Source: Barthelona sp. PCE (taxonomy: Eukaryota). From it: a stretch of DNA of 64,000 nucleotides. Where the stretch lies: assembly GCA_040285745.1 (NCBI GenBank), contig JAUFOR010000004.1:62001-126000 (forward strand). The letters are read 5' to 3'. The position numbers and the translations under genes were made by a program. Positions 31,347 to 41,845 of the stretch are shown piece by piece. Positions within the stretch are counted from its first letter, which is position 1, and the number at the start of each line of letters is the position of its first letter. Below the pieces are notes generated by a model. The model had not been told where the DNA came from. It searched no databases and worked only from the letters and a program-made list of their open reading frames with translations.

Positions 31347-33767
31347 TCAAAACTTATTACTAGAGCAAGCATTATGATATTGATCTATTAACTTCCCAAA
31401 TTGTTCTCTTGTACCTTTATGTTTATCATAAAACATGTGGTGCTCGTCTTTTTTATCACTTGATTGAGTAATATAAATACTAGTGAATGTCTCACAAAAT
31501 TTCCCAATTATATCCAGTTCAAACATATTTCTCTCACTCCAAACATCACTGTTAAGCAATAAAACTAAAACTTCTGACACACGACGAGTGTCAATTAAGA
31601 ATAAAGGAGCGATAGACATTTCAACTGTAAATATTCGCAAAGCACAAACATGTACCATTATGTCTTGCGTTGATAGTGCTCCAAATAACAAAGGGAAGTA
31701 GTCTGCAAGCATTGGGAGTACAACACGTGGGCTTGCATAGTTGAGACATACAAGACATGAAAGAGTTATTGTGAGGGCAGGATTAATCAGTGATGAATTA
31801 AACCAGTAAAGGCACGATAGTTCGTATAACCTGGCTAAAACCTTTGCGTGCTGCTTAGATAATTTATAAACACACTCTTCCTCCTCTATATAACGGGATT
31901 GTGCTTCACAATCGAAAAACTGATGTGAAGTAATCTGAATCGACAGACACTCACATAAAGCAGCCATGCAATCAGAAAGAAGTTTAACCAGCGGGCCAGA
32001 GTCTCTGTAAACTCTCATTAACCCCATATAACTCTCAATAATGCCAATTAATGATTCGAAAATTGATTCACAGTCTTTTCTCAGTGGAAATATCCACGAA
32101 ATGAGGGCTGACGCTATACTAATTGATGCAGTATGTTTTTCAGGCAACGGACTGTTGTTTAAGCGATAAAGAAGGTTGAGAACTGAAGGAAAACAATCCA
32201 CCAAAAAAGATTGGAGCTCCTTGTAATCACATACAAACGCCATGTGCCTAAGTGCGTTCCAACATGCCTGTGACATGTACTTTTCGGATATAGATGTTAA
32301 AGCAACAAGTTGAACAAGTCCAAGATACCTTTGTTTAACAAATTCAAGGTCAAAAAGTGGAATACAACCAACAAACACATTGCGATCACATGGATCGAGT
32401 GCTTCAAAGCTTCGCAAATCTAAATGTTCTGCAATAATACTTTCATTTCCGATCAAAAACTGTGCGCCGACATTCTCATCAATGAAATCAACCAGAAGGT
32501 TTGGCTTCAGAAGGCGGAGAAGCCTATACCGCTCCGAAGATAAATCACGATTCTTGGAAAACGGAAACGTTGAAAATACCTCCTCCAACGATACTTGGTT
32601 TATGTCTGTTTCCAATACATATGTCTGTGGCGGATCCACAACTCCCTTTGCCTCGTGTGTGAATGGACGTAATAAGGAAGTTAAAAGACCAGCGCGTTCC
32701 GTTGAGGTGAGAACGAGTCCGGATGATTCAACAATCATTTTAACTGCCTTCAAATGCAAAATTGAACTATCGTCAATATCTGCAAAATACCTCATCAAAA
32801 GAAGCTTCGCCTCCTGCTCTGGATATCCTGTCAGAGGAGATAAATTAAAATGCACATAGGATACGTTGCACTTTGAAAATAGATAAAAAAAATTTATCAC
32901 CAGAGATTCATTCAATTTAAAGACTGAACAGAAGAAATCAGCGCTCATAAAATCCAAACTTTCAATAAAAAACTCTGCATTCAACTCGCAAACCTTTCGA
33001 GCATTAATTGAAACGTTCTCAGTATTTTCAGCAAACCAACCCGCTTGAACAGATGGCGCTGACAATGCCCCAACTGCTTCCCTCAGCCCATCTGCATCAG
33101 TTTTGTTCACAATAAATGGAATGGGTTCAACATCATTCACTAAATTAAATATTCGTGTTAAATTATCAAATAGCGATAACCAAAGACGTAAAAAGACGGA
33201 CTTTGCCCTCTTCTGGACGGTCTGGCGAGTTGAAATGTCAAACAAAAAGGATGAGGTTCTTGAAAACCATCCAGGAAAACAGAAGAGAAAAAGCCCATTC
33301 ATACCCTCTAATGAATCACTAATCATCATCACAGAAGATAAAAGAGAAAGCCATTCGATAACAATCAATAAGGATTCGTGTGAAAAACGACTTTTAAGCA
33401 ATTTTATACTCAAGTTGACTATACTCAATGCATATATTTGATTTTCTTCACTTTCAAGTGCTGAAATAAAGCCTTCCTTCGTCATCCATAAGAGACTGAA
33501 TCGAATAAACGTTACAAGAACTTTTTCCGAAAAAATGACATCAGAGTTAATAGGAATGAATTTCAGAAAGAGTCGCATCCATAACTCCGTAAAAAAACTG
33601 TGTTGCATGGCTTTGCAGCCATCCAACTTTGCAATAGACCCATTTAAAAGAAATAATACTCTTGGCTCAAAAAGATCCTCCGTTATGAGTTCTTGCAGTG
33701 TATCAACAATCTCTAAACATGTTACAAATAACTCTCGATCATCAACACAATCAATATCAATGTTCAT
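31347..33767 (-). CDS. TTI1: TELO2-interacting protein 1 (TTT complex) homolog, HEAT-repeat
   Basis: FCFPGWFSRTSSFL (cf. FLPGxxSxL), WFAENTENV, ACWNALRHMAFVCDYKELQSFLVDCFPSVLN (cf. GYxSxxELIxxNxDY) and VLPMLADYFPLL (cf. LLPxVHxxWP) occur in TTI1 order; highly diverged. Confidence 0.6.
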   Translation of the reverse strand: MNIDIDCVDDRELFVTCLEIVDTLQELITEDLFEPRVLFLLNGSIAKLDGCKAMQHSFFTELWMRLFLKFIPINSDVIFSEKVLVTFIRFSLLWMTKEGFISALESEENQIYALSIVNLSIKLLKSRFSHESLLIVIEWLSLLSSVMMISDSLEGMNGLFLFCFPGWFSRTSSFLFDISTRQTVQKRAKSVFLRLWLSLFDNLTRIFNLVNDVEPIPFIVNKTDADGLREAVGALSAPSVQAGWFAENTENVSINARKVCELNAEFFIESLDFMSADFFCSVFKLNESLVINFFYLFSKCNVSYVHFNLSPLTGYPEQEAKLLLMRYFADIDDSSILHLKAVKMIVESSGLVLTSTERAGLLTSLLRPFTHEAKGVVDPPQTYVLETDINQVSLEEVFSTFPFSKNRDLSSERYRLLRLLKPNLLVDFIDENVGAQFLIGNESIIAEHLDLRSFEALDPCDRNVFVGCIPLFDLEFVKQRYLGLVQLVALTSISEKYMSQACWNALRHMAFVCDYKELQSFLVDCFPSVLNLLYRLNNSPLPEKHTASISIASALISWIFPLRKDCESIFESLIGIIESYMGLMRVYRDSGPLVKLLSDCMAALCECLSIQITSHQFFDCEAQSRYIEEEECVYKLSKQHAKVLARLYELSCLYWFNSSLINPALTITLSCLVCLNYASPRVVLPMLADYFPLLFGALSTQDIMVHVCALRIFTVEMSIAPLFLIDTRRVSEVLVLLLNSDVWSERNMFELDIIGKFCETFTSIYITQSSDKKDEHHMFYDKHKGTREQFGKLIDQYHNACSSNKF

Positions 33768-34396
33768 AATAAGAGAAAAGACAATAAAACTTTAAAACAA
33801 TTCAAAGAACAATTTATTAAAAGACAAACTTATGAGAAACCAAAGATTGCTTTTATGGTTATGAAAATATATATTAAAATCCCCGTTCAAAAGTCACCTG
33901 CACAAAGCCCCATAAATTATCAGCACAAAAAAACCCGTATACTGCAATAGACTGTTCAAATCAACTTATTCTAAATATTAGAGTATGCAACAAAAAAAGA
34001 TGGGCATCAACTGTGCCGCACAGCGCAGTGATATGTCATATGAGTGGTATTCGTCATTAAACGGTTCAAAGAACCGTTGTTGAATTCCGTACAGGTCTGT
34101 TTATCATCATTCACCATCTTAAGCCATTAACATACGCATTAAAAAACTAAATACTGCAACTATCATTGCTTTCATAACTTCAACAACTGTTTTCACTGAC
34201 AAACAAAGAAAACACTTGCTGTTGCACCCTTTCCATAATGTGAAAAAGGATAAGAAATGCAATGTGTTTTTTGGTAACGTTAAAGGATATGCAGTTATTT
34301 ATAGCAGTTTCCCGTGGTTTTATATGTAGCGCGCCCTCAACTACAACAAATAAAAACTTGTATAGAGTACAACAATCCACTTTGCTAAATATTAAA

Positions 34397-35473
34397 ATGC
34401 AACCTCTTCAGTTGGGCTTTCCAGGTAAAATCTTGTTAACAGGTGGTTACTGTATCCTGCACCCACAATTTAGTGGCCTAGTTCTTACTACTTCCAACAA
34501 ATTTGAGGCTACAGTCACAAGAAACTCAAATTCAGGTGATTCAATCGTTATTTGGTCGAAACTGTACAACAAAGAGTATGTTATTGACAGTAACAACTGC
34601 AATACATGTCATCCTTTTATTGATGCAGCGTTTAAGGTAATATACCTGCTCTACCCAGATATAGAGTTGTGTGGTGGGCGTATAGATGTCATGGGTAGCG
34701 ATTTATTTATTAAGGGTACCACAAAGACGGGGCTTGGAAGTAGCGCTGCATTTACTGCATGTATAGTAACAGGAATCGCTTACATACAAAGGTTAGAACT
34801 TCCTCATCATGTATTACACAATATATGCCAACTAGTGCACTTTATTGGACAGAACAAGGTTGGAAGCGGGTTTGATGTTGCGGCAATGTTCTACGGCTCT
34901 GGTATTTTTTCAAACACCCTATCACAGCTACGCAGATTAGCCACCGAAATAATGTGTTGCACGGAGGCAGTCAATGCAAATGAAATAATTTCAACGGAAT
35001 ACTCTCCCATTTCTTGTTTTGATTCACCTTTTCCTTTCAGTGTTTATCTTCTTGATGTGAAAGATGGGCCGACACACACCGACACCCGAATTAATGTTCG
35101 TGCGTTCAAGGAGTTTATGACAGCAGAACATGATGAGTGTATGTGCCTGCTCTCTGAAATTAATCAGAACAATCAAAATTTTGTTGAAGCAATCAAAGCA
35201 CAATGTGTAACGTCACTTCATTCACTAGCTATCCGCGATGCATACCGCAGACTAGGTGAACGAATCAACCTTCCAATCATTCCTGAAGATCGTAGATCAT
35301 TGCTAAACTCCATTGAAAACCATGATTGTATTGCTTTTATTCCAGGTGCAGGTGGCTATGATGCGATTGCTATCATTGCACTGAGCAGCAGCTGTAAGCA
35401 ATACCTACATGATATTGAAGCTAAAATTGTCTATGAATCACCACATCCTGAGCAGTCAACAGGCCAATTATGA
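34397..35473 (+). CDS. ERG8: Phosphomevalonate kinase, ERG8-type GHMP kinase
   Basis: PGKILLTGGY, KTGLGSSAA, HFIGQNKVGSGFDVAA, PGAGGYDAI. Probable start at ATG 34397. Confidence 0.88.
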   Translation: MQPLQLGFPGKILLTGGYCILHPQFSGLVLTTSNKFEATVTRNSNSGDSIVIWSKLYNKEYVIDSNNCNTCHPFIDAAFKVIYLLYPDIELCGGRIDVMGSDLFIKGTTKTGLGSSAAFTACIVTGIAYIQRLELPHHVLHNICQLVHFIGQNKVGSGFDVAAMFYGSGIFSNTLSQLRRLATEIMCCTEAVNANEIISTEYSPISCFDSPFPFSVYLLDVKDGPTHTDTRINVRAFKEFMTAEHDECMCLLSEINQNNQNFVEAIKAQCVTSLHSLAIRDAYRRLGERINLPIIPEDRRSLLNSIENHDCIAFIPGAGGYDAIAIIALSSSCKQYLHDIEAKIVYESPHPEQSTGQL

Positions 35474-37005
35474 GAGCAGTGTCCAAATCCGTAGTTCTCA
35501 TAGTCAGCACGAGTCGTGAACCTCTCCTTTAAAGCATCATATGTGCTCATAACTTTTCCACCAAGCCACACCTGCTGCAATCCAGTATGTGTGATAGGTG
35601 ATATTGGAGATACTGCAAGACTGCTATGCAACTCATTCACTCTATTTTTCAACTCCGTGGAAAGCGTGTCAATATGAGCTCCCGCTCCAATAATAAAAAC
35701 GTGTGATGTGAGCCTCTTTCGTAACCCTACACGACCTGTTCTTCTTAACAACTCATATACAGTCAGGTCCAGTGGGAGCGTCTCATCCATCACTAGAGGT
35801 TCGTTCTCTGCAAGATGCGTTAAGGAACGGTGACCAGACCCAATAAGGTCAAAGTCGCTGTACATGTGGGGTATGTCACTTGTGTGCAACTTCTTTCGAA
35901 GCATCTTCTGCCCTCGTTCATCCTGCTTGGGGCGTGGCCACTCGAAAAATCGCAAATAGTGATCAGTCTCGAAACGATAACCAAACATTGTGGGATTGAA
36001 AATCACATTGGGTATCACAAAACGTGCCAGATCAACGTTAAAGTGATAGGCCTTATCGTTTCTGTTAAAGACAATACGGTCAAGACGGCCTAGATCATTG
36101 GTGTTAAACGTCATAAGTCGCATGAAGTGGAAAAGTGATTGTAGGTAATCTTTTGGATGTTTAAGACTGATGTAAGGTAGGGAGTGTACAAAACCTTCAG
36201 GATTCCACAATAGAAACTTCAGAAACATATTCATAAGATCATCTAGTCCGTAATTCATGTGGAATGTATGATACTGCATTGGTGAACCATCTTCTAGGGC
36301 AGTAACCTTAAATTTCTCAAAATCTAGATTAACAACAATACCATGAGGCACACCAAACTTGTGAAGCACTGTGCTTGATTCGGATACAAACAAACAAGAT
36401 TCGAATTGAAGATGACCCAAAATAACTCGCAATAACCGATGGTAAACAGTGGGTTGTACGTCGTCGGGGACAATAAACAGACACCTTGAATTCGTGAAGC
36501 CAATCTCACCTGCCTGTGAAACATCTCGCTTCAATAACTTTTTCCAAAGGGTACCGAGCAAATCAAATACTTCCTGAGATGTGTTTCCTCTCAATAGCTC
36601 TTGAAACGGCCAGCATACACTTGCTGTCTCCGCCTCAACCGTTTCTGAACTGTATTCTGTGCAAAAGAAGTGGTGTGCTTGATGCTGTAAAAGCATACTA
36701 AAACTAGACGGTGTTGTTTCTGTAACTAGACCATCTTTAACTGCGTCATCTTCGGATTTAACCACATTTTTTGGATTTCTTCGTCTCAATTGCGTATCTT
36801 CTCCCTTAGAGGAAAATTTACTCATGACAGAGTTCAGACCTCGTTCCTCTAGCCCTGAAATCGCATAATTTGATCCTTCATCCACGCTATAAAGAGGATG
36901 ACTAGCATCTACATTGATGCAATGTAGACTTTCAAATGGTGCTGATGATGAATCAAGCCCATACACGAGAAATCGCGTGGTAGGATACACAACAATTGTT
37001 CTCAT
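35431..37005 (-). CDS. ARP8: Actin-related protein, most like nuclear Arp8 (INO80 complex)
   Basis: N-terminal TIVVYPTTRFLVYG (cf. Arp8 IVIHPGSxxLRIG). Actin-fold motifs CLFIVPD, FVSESS, VFIIGAGA, VWLGGKVM. Subfamily call is tentative. Confidence 0.6.
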   Translation of the reverse strand: MRTIVVYPTTRFLVYGLDSSSAPFESLHCINVDASHPLYSVDEGSNYAISGLEERGLNSVMSKFSSKGEDTQLRRRNPKNVVKSEDDAVKDGLVTETTPSSFSMLLQHQAHHFFCTEYSSETVEAETASVCWPFQELLRGNTSQEVFDLLGTLWKKLLKRDVSQAGEIGFTNSRCLFIVPDDVQPTVYHRLLRVILGHLQFESCLFVSESSTVLHKFGVPHGIVVNLDFEKFKVTALEDGSPMQYHTFHMNYGLDDLMNMFLKFLLWNPEGFVHSLPYISLKHPKDYLQSLFHFMRLMTFNTNDLGRLDRIVFNRNDKAYHFNVDLARFVIPNVIFNPTMFGYRFETDHYLRFFEWPRPKQDERGQKMLRKKLHTSDIPHMYSDFDLIGSGHRSLTHLAENEPLVMDETLPLDLTVYELLRRTGRVGLRKRLTSHVFIIGAGAHIDTLSTELKNRVNELHSSLAVSPISPITHTGLQQVWLGGKVMSTYDALKERFTTRADYENYGFGHCSHNWPVDCSGCGDS

Positions 37006-37091
37006 CCCACTGTAAGAGTGATAAAAGTGAATACGAGGGAATAACAGTGAATCACTTGCAACGGCATCTTCATCCTTTTTTCATTTTCAAG

Positions 37092-38246
37092 ATGGTCAGA
37101 AAGCCAGGAGATCCTGAAGACTCTGTTTTTAAAAACTTTGACTACAATTCAGTCACTCCTGAATTATGTCACAGCATTATTCAAGAATATGGGCTTGGTA
37201 AGTTATTGGATCTACAAGAAACTGGTCCACTGGAATCTACATTTCACTTACAGGAGAGGTTTAATACTGCATGGACAGTAGTTGGGGATTATATTCAAAC
37301 CAATGATGTTCTTAGTTCTTTGCAAATCTTGTTTGAACATCTGGGCAAGGTCATGATGATTCACACAGAAATAAGAGATGCTCTGTTACAGAAACATGTC
37401 ATAGATGATATTGTGAGATGGTGTTCTCAACTAGATATTTCTGTTTTAGCCAGGAGTTCTTTTGTAGCATTTTGTGAGCAAATAACATCACTTATTCCAG
37501 CACCCAACTTCAAGATTGTGAACCTCCTCACACCACTTCTCACATCCTGCTACGATATTAGAAGAGATGATGAACAGATCTGCATTGCTATTGGTCATTT
37601 TATTGATTTTGACGATCATCAACATGATGAAAACTCCACAATCTTCTGGGAAGCATGTTCTGTTGATCTTCTATCCATTGTTTTCCATAACATTGAACAT
37701 AATATAACATGTTTTCCTTCACTAATACTGCTGGGTAATCTTGTAACACACTTACCCATTGCAAAGAGAGCTAATGATGAGTTTAACGTACATGAAGTCC
37801 TGTGTTCGTTGTTTCAGACAAATGAGATCCGACAAATTGATGTTGTTATGTTTGTATTTTCAAATCTATGGTCATTCAAAGAAACTGTTACTGAAGAATC
37901 TTTTCGTGCTGTCGTAGCAATCTTTAAAACATTTGAAAGATCCCATAATCACTTTGCACAGATGGCAATGAGTTCAATATCTAACTTCCTTGTGATGGGC
38001 ATAACCATTTCGCAAATAAGATCGATCATTGGCCGATCAAGTTTCGCACCTGTTTTTCATTCGTTTGCGGAAACGCTGGGGATAGAAGCTGTTCAACAAC
38101 ACATTGACAATATGCGCTTCTCCCCAGAAGACTTAAGGCTTGTTTTTGGACGCAACTTCAAACTAGGAGTTATTAATGTTGGTTGTGACAACTATTCATC
38201 TGATTCTGAGGAAGAAGATTTAACTGCTACTGGACAATGTAAATAA
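37092..38246 (+). CDS. Hypothetical protein, ARM/HEAT-like helical repeats
   Basis: ORF from ATG 37092 (MVRKPGD); LILLGNL, FVFSNL and SSISNFL resemble ARM-repeat H3 motifs; acidic tail. Confidence 0.65.
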   Translation: MVRKPGDPEDSVFKNFDYNSVTPELCHSIIQEYGLGKLLDLQETGPLESTFHLQERFNTAWTVVGDYIQTNDVLSSLQILFEHLGKVMMIHTEIRDALLQKHVIDDIVRWCSQLDISVLARSSFVAFCEQITSLIPAPNFKIVNLLTPLLTSCYDIRRDDEQICIAIGHFIDFDDHQHDENSTIFWEACSVDLLSIVFHNIEHNITCFPSLILLGNLVTHLPIAKRANDEFNVHEVLCSLFQTNEIRQIDVVMFVFSNLWSFKETVTEESFRAVVAIFKTFERSHNHFAQMAMSSISNFLVMGITISQIRSIIGRSSFAPVFHSFAETLGIEAVQQHIDNMRFSPEDLRLVFGRNFKLGVINVGCDNYSSDSEEEDLTATGQCK

Positions 38247-38268
38247 TTTATTATAAATTGCAATTATA

Positions 38269-39552
38269 TTATGTAAAGACGCGATGAAGCTCCTTCATGA
38301 CAGCTTTATCATGAACCATATTGTTGTGATCCACACCATTGAAGGCCTTTACGTCACATTCCTCGTATCCGTAATTACTGCACCATTGATTACCGAAGTA
38401 ACGGACTCCCATTGCAGGAAGGCAGTTATCTCCGTCGACGAATCTCTCAAAATTCCATTTGTTTGCAGGCTCAGGTGCTCTGTCATCCTTACTGATTTTG
38501 AAACGCAAAGGAGTCTGCACCTTATCACCATACCAGACATGGATCCTTCTATGTGGGAGTGGATCGATCTGAGGGTGTGGGAGGAACGGGTACTCTTCAT
38601 TCAGAAACTCAAACATACGACCGTACTCAGGTCGTTTATGTTTGCGCATGATCTCAGGAGCATTCGAAGTTGTAAGACAATCATCATTCTTAGTGAAATG
38701 AATGTAGCAAGCATCACCAAAGACTTGAGGGTCGGGACGAAGACTAGCAAGACCAATATTTCCACGCATGACATTGTATGATTGTGTATGAGGGATGGCA
38801 ACGTGTTTTGCAATGAAAGCACCCGTAGCAATAGCACCATACGCTAATGGTGATCCTGCCAAAACTGGTGCAAGGAACACAACTTTTCCAATACGTTCGT
38901 CCAGGTATGCCTTTCCCTCAGTGTCTCTCAGCCAGTACAGCAATCTTGAAACTACAGCACCACCGAAAGAATGAGCGACTAAATTAGGCTTAATACCTTC
39001 CCTGTTAAACTCTTCAATCTGAGCTTTGATCTCAACAAACAGAGTATCCTTCCAAAGAGTTGGGCTCTTGCGGAAATCATATGGGGCTGCCTTGAGTTCA
39101 TGACCAAGACCGGCTAACAGCTTGATAATATCTGACATGTACGTAGTCTTCTCATGGAAGAAGGGAAGGTCTGGGTCCAGGTAAGCAACTCCCTTTAACC
39201 CAGGAACAACGCGAGTTTCTACACCTTTTGGTGGTTCACAAACGCCTGTCAACTTTCCTTCACTTTCCTCACAATTTAATAAGAATAGGTCATCGAAACA
39301 CTGCAAAAACAGTCCCAGATTTGCCCATAAAGGTGTAAATTTCTTCTTTGAATAACCAATAGCACAAACAACCTTATGATCAAGGTGTTTTGTTGATTTA
39401 ACAAGATATTCAAGCCTAGAACCCATATATCCGGGAACTAAAATGGTTCCTTGCTTCAAATTTCCATTATGTTGCACGAAGCAGAAAGTAGTTTGAATGA
39501 ATGCGAATAAGCAAATGATACCTACTATGCTCAAGTGTAAAGTAAATACCAT
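38269..39552 (-). CDS. Secreted LCAT / group XV phospholipase A2-like acyltransferase
   Basis: Signal-peptide-like N-terminus. ILVPGYMGSRLE, AAPYDFRKSP, nucleophile AHSFGG, DGDNCLP (Asp) and VDHNNMV (His). Confidence 0.87.
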   Translation of the reverse strand: MVFTLHLSIVGIICLFAFIQTTFCFVQHNGNLKQGTILVPGYMGSRLEYLVKSTKHLDHKVVCAIGYSKKKFTPLWANLGLFLQCFDDLFLLNCEESEGKLTGVCEPPKGVETRVVPGLKGVAYLDPDLPFFHEKTTYMSDIIKLLAGLGHELKAAPYDFRKSPTLWKDTLFVEIKAQIEEFNREGIKPNLVAHSFGGAVVSRLLYWLRDTEGKAYLDERIGKVVFLAPVLAGSPLAYGAIATGAFIAKHVAIPHTQSYNVMRGNIGLASLRPDPQVFGDACYIHFTKNDDCLTTSNAPEIMRKHKRPEYGRMFEFLNEEYPFLPHPQIDPLPHRRIHVWYGDKVQTPLRFKISKDDRAPEPANKWNFERFVDGDNCLPAMGVRYFGNQWCSNYGYEECDVKAFNGVDHNNMVHDKAVMKELHRVFT

Positions 39553-39630
39553 CGATCTGTATCCTGAAAAAGTCAATAAAAGGTCTTAAGTTTAAATACA
39601 GGAATATCAATATACTCCCTCTTTCACCGC

Positions 39631-40443
39631 ATGTCACATATTCACATTGCCGGTAGGGTCTTAGATGCTAAGTTTCAAGCTGCTAGAATTGCAGCAGAAG
39701 CTGTTGTTGCTGAAAACACAGATTTTTCAATTACTGTAACCGAATTATTCAGTTCAGATAGTGAAATATATCACCGTGAGCTTTGCAGGGATCATAAAAA
39801 CGTTGAATTTGAGGAAAAAGGTCCTTGGATTACGGTTAATGGAAAATTTTACACCAACCTTCAGTCTTTCACCGAATACCTTTCTGAAGTTCATGCATAC
39901 GATGAACAGTTAACAACAAACGAGCTGGGAAAAATTTCAAAAGCTCGTTTCAATGAAAAAGTTAAAAGTCTTGGACATCATGCTGTGGCATTCAAGATAA
40001 AGTCAACACCAGATGGGCCAAGGGGCATGATGGTGCTGGAGATGTTTGGTGATCGTGTTCCTAAATCATGTGCTGTCATGGAAGAGAATTTCAAAAGCTA
40101 TAAACGTGCCTCCGTTATTCGTGTTGTTCAGGGTGCATGGTGTGAGTTCTTGCCTCTGGACGAATTCTTGACAGACGGATATATTCAAGATGAAGATTTG
40201 GGTTTCGACCACAATACAAACGTAGGTCTTGTTGGCTGGGTTAATAATGGTAGACCCCATACAAACACATCACGCATCTACGTCACCGCAAACCGTATAC
40301 CAGGTGGCTTCGAGAACATGCAAGTTTTTGGTAGAGTTATTGAGGGTTTATCTATCATTCGTGATATCTGTAGCTTAGAGACTACATTCGCACAAGTACC
40401 CCTGGGTAGGACTGTATCCGTAGAAGAAGTTGTCTTAATGTAA
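39631..40443 (+). CDS. PPIL6: PPIL6-like (probably inactive) cyclophilin with N-terminal thioredoxin-like domain; cilia-associated
   Basis: N-terminal IHIAGRVLDAKFQAAR domain. Cyclophilin motifs LEMFGDRVPKSC, RVVQGAW, VGWVNNGRPHTNTSRIYVT and VFGRVIEG, with canonical active-site residues altered. Confidence 0.72.
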   Translation: MSHIHIAGRVLDAKFQAARIAAEAVVAENTDFSITVTELFSSDSEIYHRELCRDHKNVEFEEKGPWITVNGKFYTNLQSFTEYLSEVHAYDEQLTTNELGKISKARFNEKVKSLGHHAVAFKIKSTPDGPRGMMVLEMFGDRVPKSCAVMEENFKSYKRASVIRVVQGAWCEFLPLDEFLTDGYIQDEDLGFDHNTNVGLVGWVNNGRPHTNTSRIYVTANRIPGGFENMQVFGRVIEGLSIIRDICSLETTFAQVPLGRTVSVEEVVLM

Positions 40444-40544
40444 CATTGAATGTAAAATTTAATATTTCTTGGTTTCATTCCTTCCACTCTTTCCCTTTAT
40501 TTTAGTTCATTTAATATTTATTGGGCTGATTGGGCTTTTATAAC

Positions 40545-41756
40545 ATGGTACACATCACAATAGAACTACTACGAAAAAGAAGTGAGCATAATGACAAAGT
40601 TTTGTATAATCTGAAGGAAATAACACTACATCAACAACATTTACATTGCATTGACAAGGTATTGCAGCGCATGTGCCCTGAACTTGAATGGCTATACCTC
40701 CAAAGCAACACTATCCGAAAATTCGAAAATCTAAGAAGGTTAAAGAGGCTTAAAGTCCTCAACATAAGCGTAAACCAGCTTGTCCGCTTTGAGGGTATGC
40801 AAACTCTTGAGTCACTTGAGAAACTAGACGTAACAGCCAATCTAATTGATGATCTCCTCAGTGCAGAGACTCTTTTCAACTGTTACAACCTGTCAGATAT
40901 TACAATGATAGGAAACCCGTGCACAAAATATGAGGATTACAGACTTTATCTGATCAAAACTCTCCCACAGTTATTGGTTATAGACGGTGTTGATATCACA
41001 CCACCTGAACGTCAGATCGCCCAAACACGCGGCGAAGATATTGTAGCGAACATCGTCCGAGCACAAGAAGAACGTATAGCTGCCGGAGTGTTTGGAAGTC
41101 GACCTGCATGGATGGATGAAGAGTATGAGGAAGATATTGGATACGTTGAACCTGAGGGTCGAAAAATGGGTGGCGACGATATCATGGATAAGGGTGAGAA
41201 AGAGGTCCGTCGAATGAAGAGTGAAACGCGTCAGCGTATTCGAAGCAATCCAAACGCACAATGTAACGAAGGTAAACTTGATTTTAGAATGTTTGAATGC
41301 GATGAAACGGGTGAAGAATGTCTGCAAGGTTCACACTTTATGTTGGAGGTACACACTGGTAAATACCTGAGCATGAATTTTGTAGATTGCGAAGTATATT
41401 CCGATCGCGTAGAAGTGGAGGTCAAGGGTCATCTGTTGCGACTTCTATACGGTGAGGAAGTAGACGCTGCCGGAGCCAATGCAACAATGTTGAGCGCCGT
41501 TGGAAAGCTGCGTATCCTTGCTCCCAAGAAAAATGATGTCAAAGTTGTCAGTGTTCGAGCATCTATAGCTCCTAAAAGAGTTCCATCGAACTCAACAACT
41601 GTGAAGCGCGTTAAAAAGCATGCTGATGAAGTGCTTGATTTTGAGAAAGAATACATGCAAACTATTGAAACAAAAGGTGAGCTCGATTCTTTCAGTGATG
41701 TGGATTCTGATTTGGACTTGGAAACTGACGATGAGGAAATGCCTGGTTTAATATAA
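40545..41756 (+). CDS. DNAAF11: Dynein axonemal assembly factor 11 (LRRC6/TilB)
   Basis: MVHITIELLRKRSEHN..LKEITLHQQ N-terminus, LRRs, LRRcap GNPC..YRLYLIKTLPQL, QCNEGKLDF, CS-like domain and terminal EEMPGLI are characteristic of LRRC6. Confidence 0.92.
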   Translation: MVHITIELLRKRSEHNDKVLYNLKEITLHQQHLHCIDKVLQRMCPELEWLYLQSNTIRKFENLRRLKRLKVLNISVNQLVRFEGMQTLESLEKLDVTANLIDDLLSAETLFNCYNLSDITMIGNPCTKYEDYRLYLIKTLPQLLVIDGVDITPPERQIAQTRGEDIVANIVRAQEERIAAGVFGSRPAWMDEEYEEDIGYVEPEGRKMGGDDIMDKGEKEVRRMKSETRQRIRSNPNAQCNEGKLDFRMFECDETGEECLQGSHFMLEVHTGKYLSMNFVDCEVYSDRVEVEVKGHLLRLLYGEEVDAAGANATMLSAVGKLRILAPKKNDVKVVSVRASIAPKRVPSNSTTVKRVKKHADEVLDFEKEYMQTIETKGELDSFSDVDSDLDLETDDEEMPGLI

Positions 41757-41782
41757 TTTATCAATGTAAATAAGCACTTTAT

Positions 41783-41790
41783 CAAAATTC
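41783..41790. repeat. Target-site duplication, left copy (CAAAATTC); right copy at 46289-46296
   Basis: Exact 8-bp direct repeat abutting both TIRs; 8 bp is the hAT TSD length. Confidence 0.93.
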
Positions 41791-41845
41791 CAGACATGGA
41801 GCAAGCAGACTTCACACTAGGGGGGTGGAAAGGTTAATGGTATGA
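41791..41845 (+). repeat. Left terminal inverted repeat (55 bp)
   Basis: CAGACATGGAGCAAGCAGACTTCACACTAGGGGGGTGGAAAGGTTAATGGTATGA. Confidence 0.95.
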
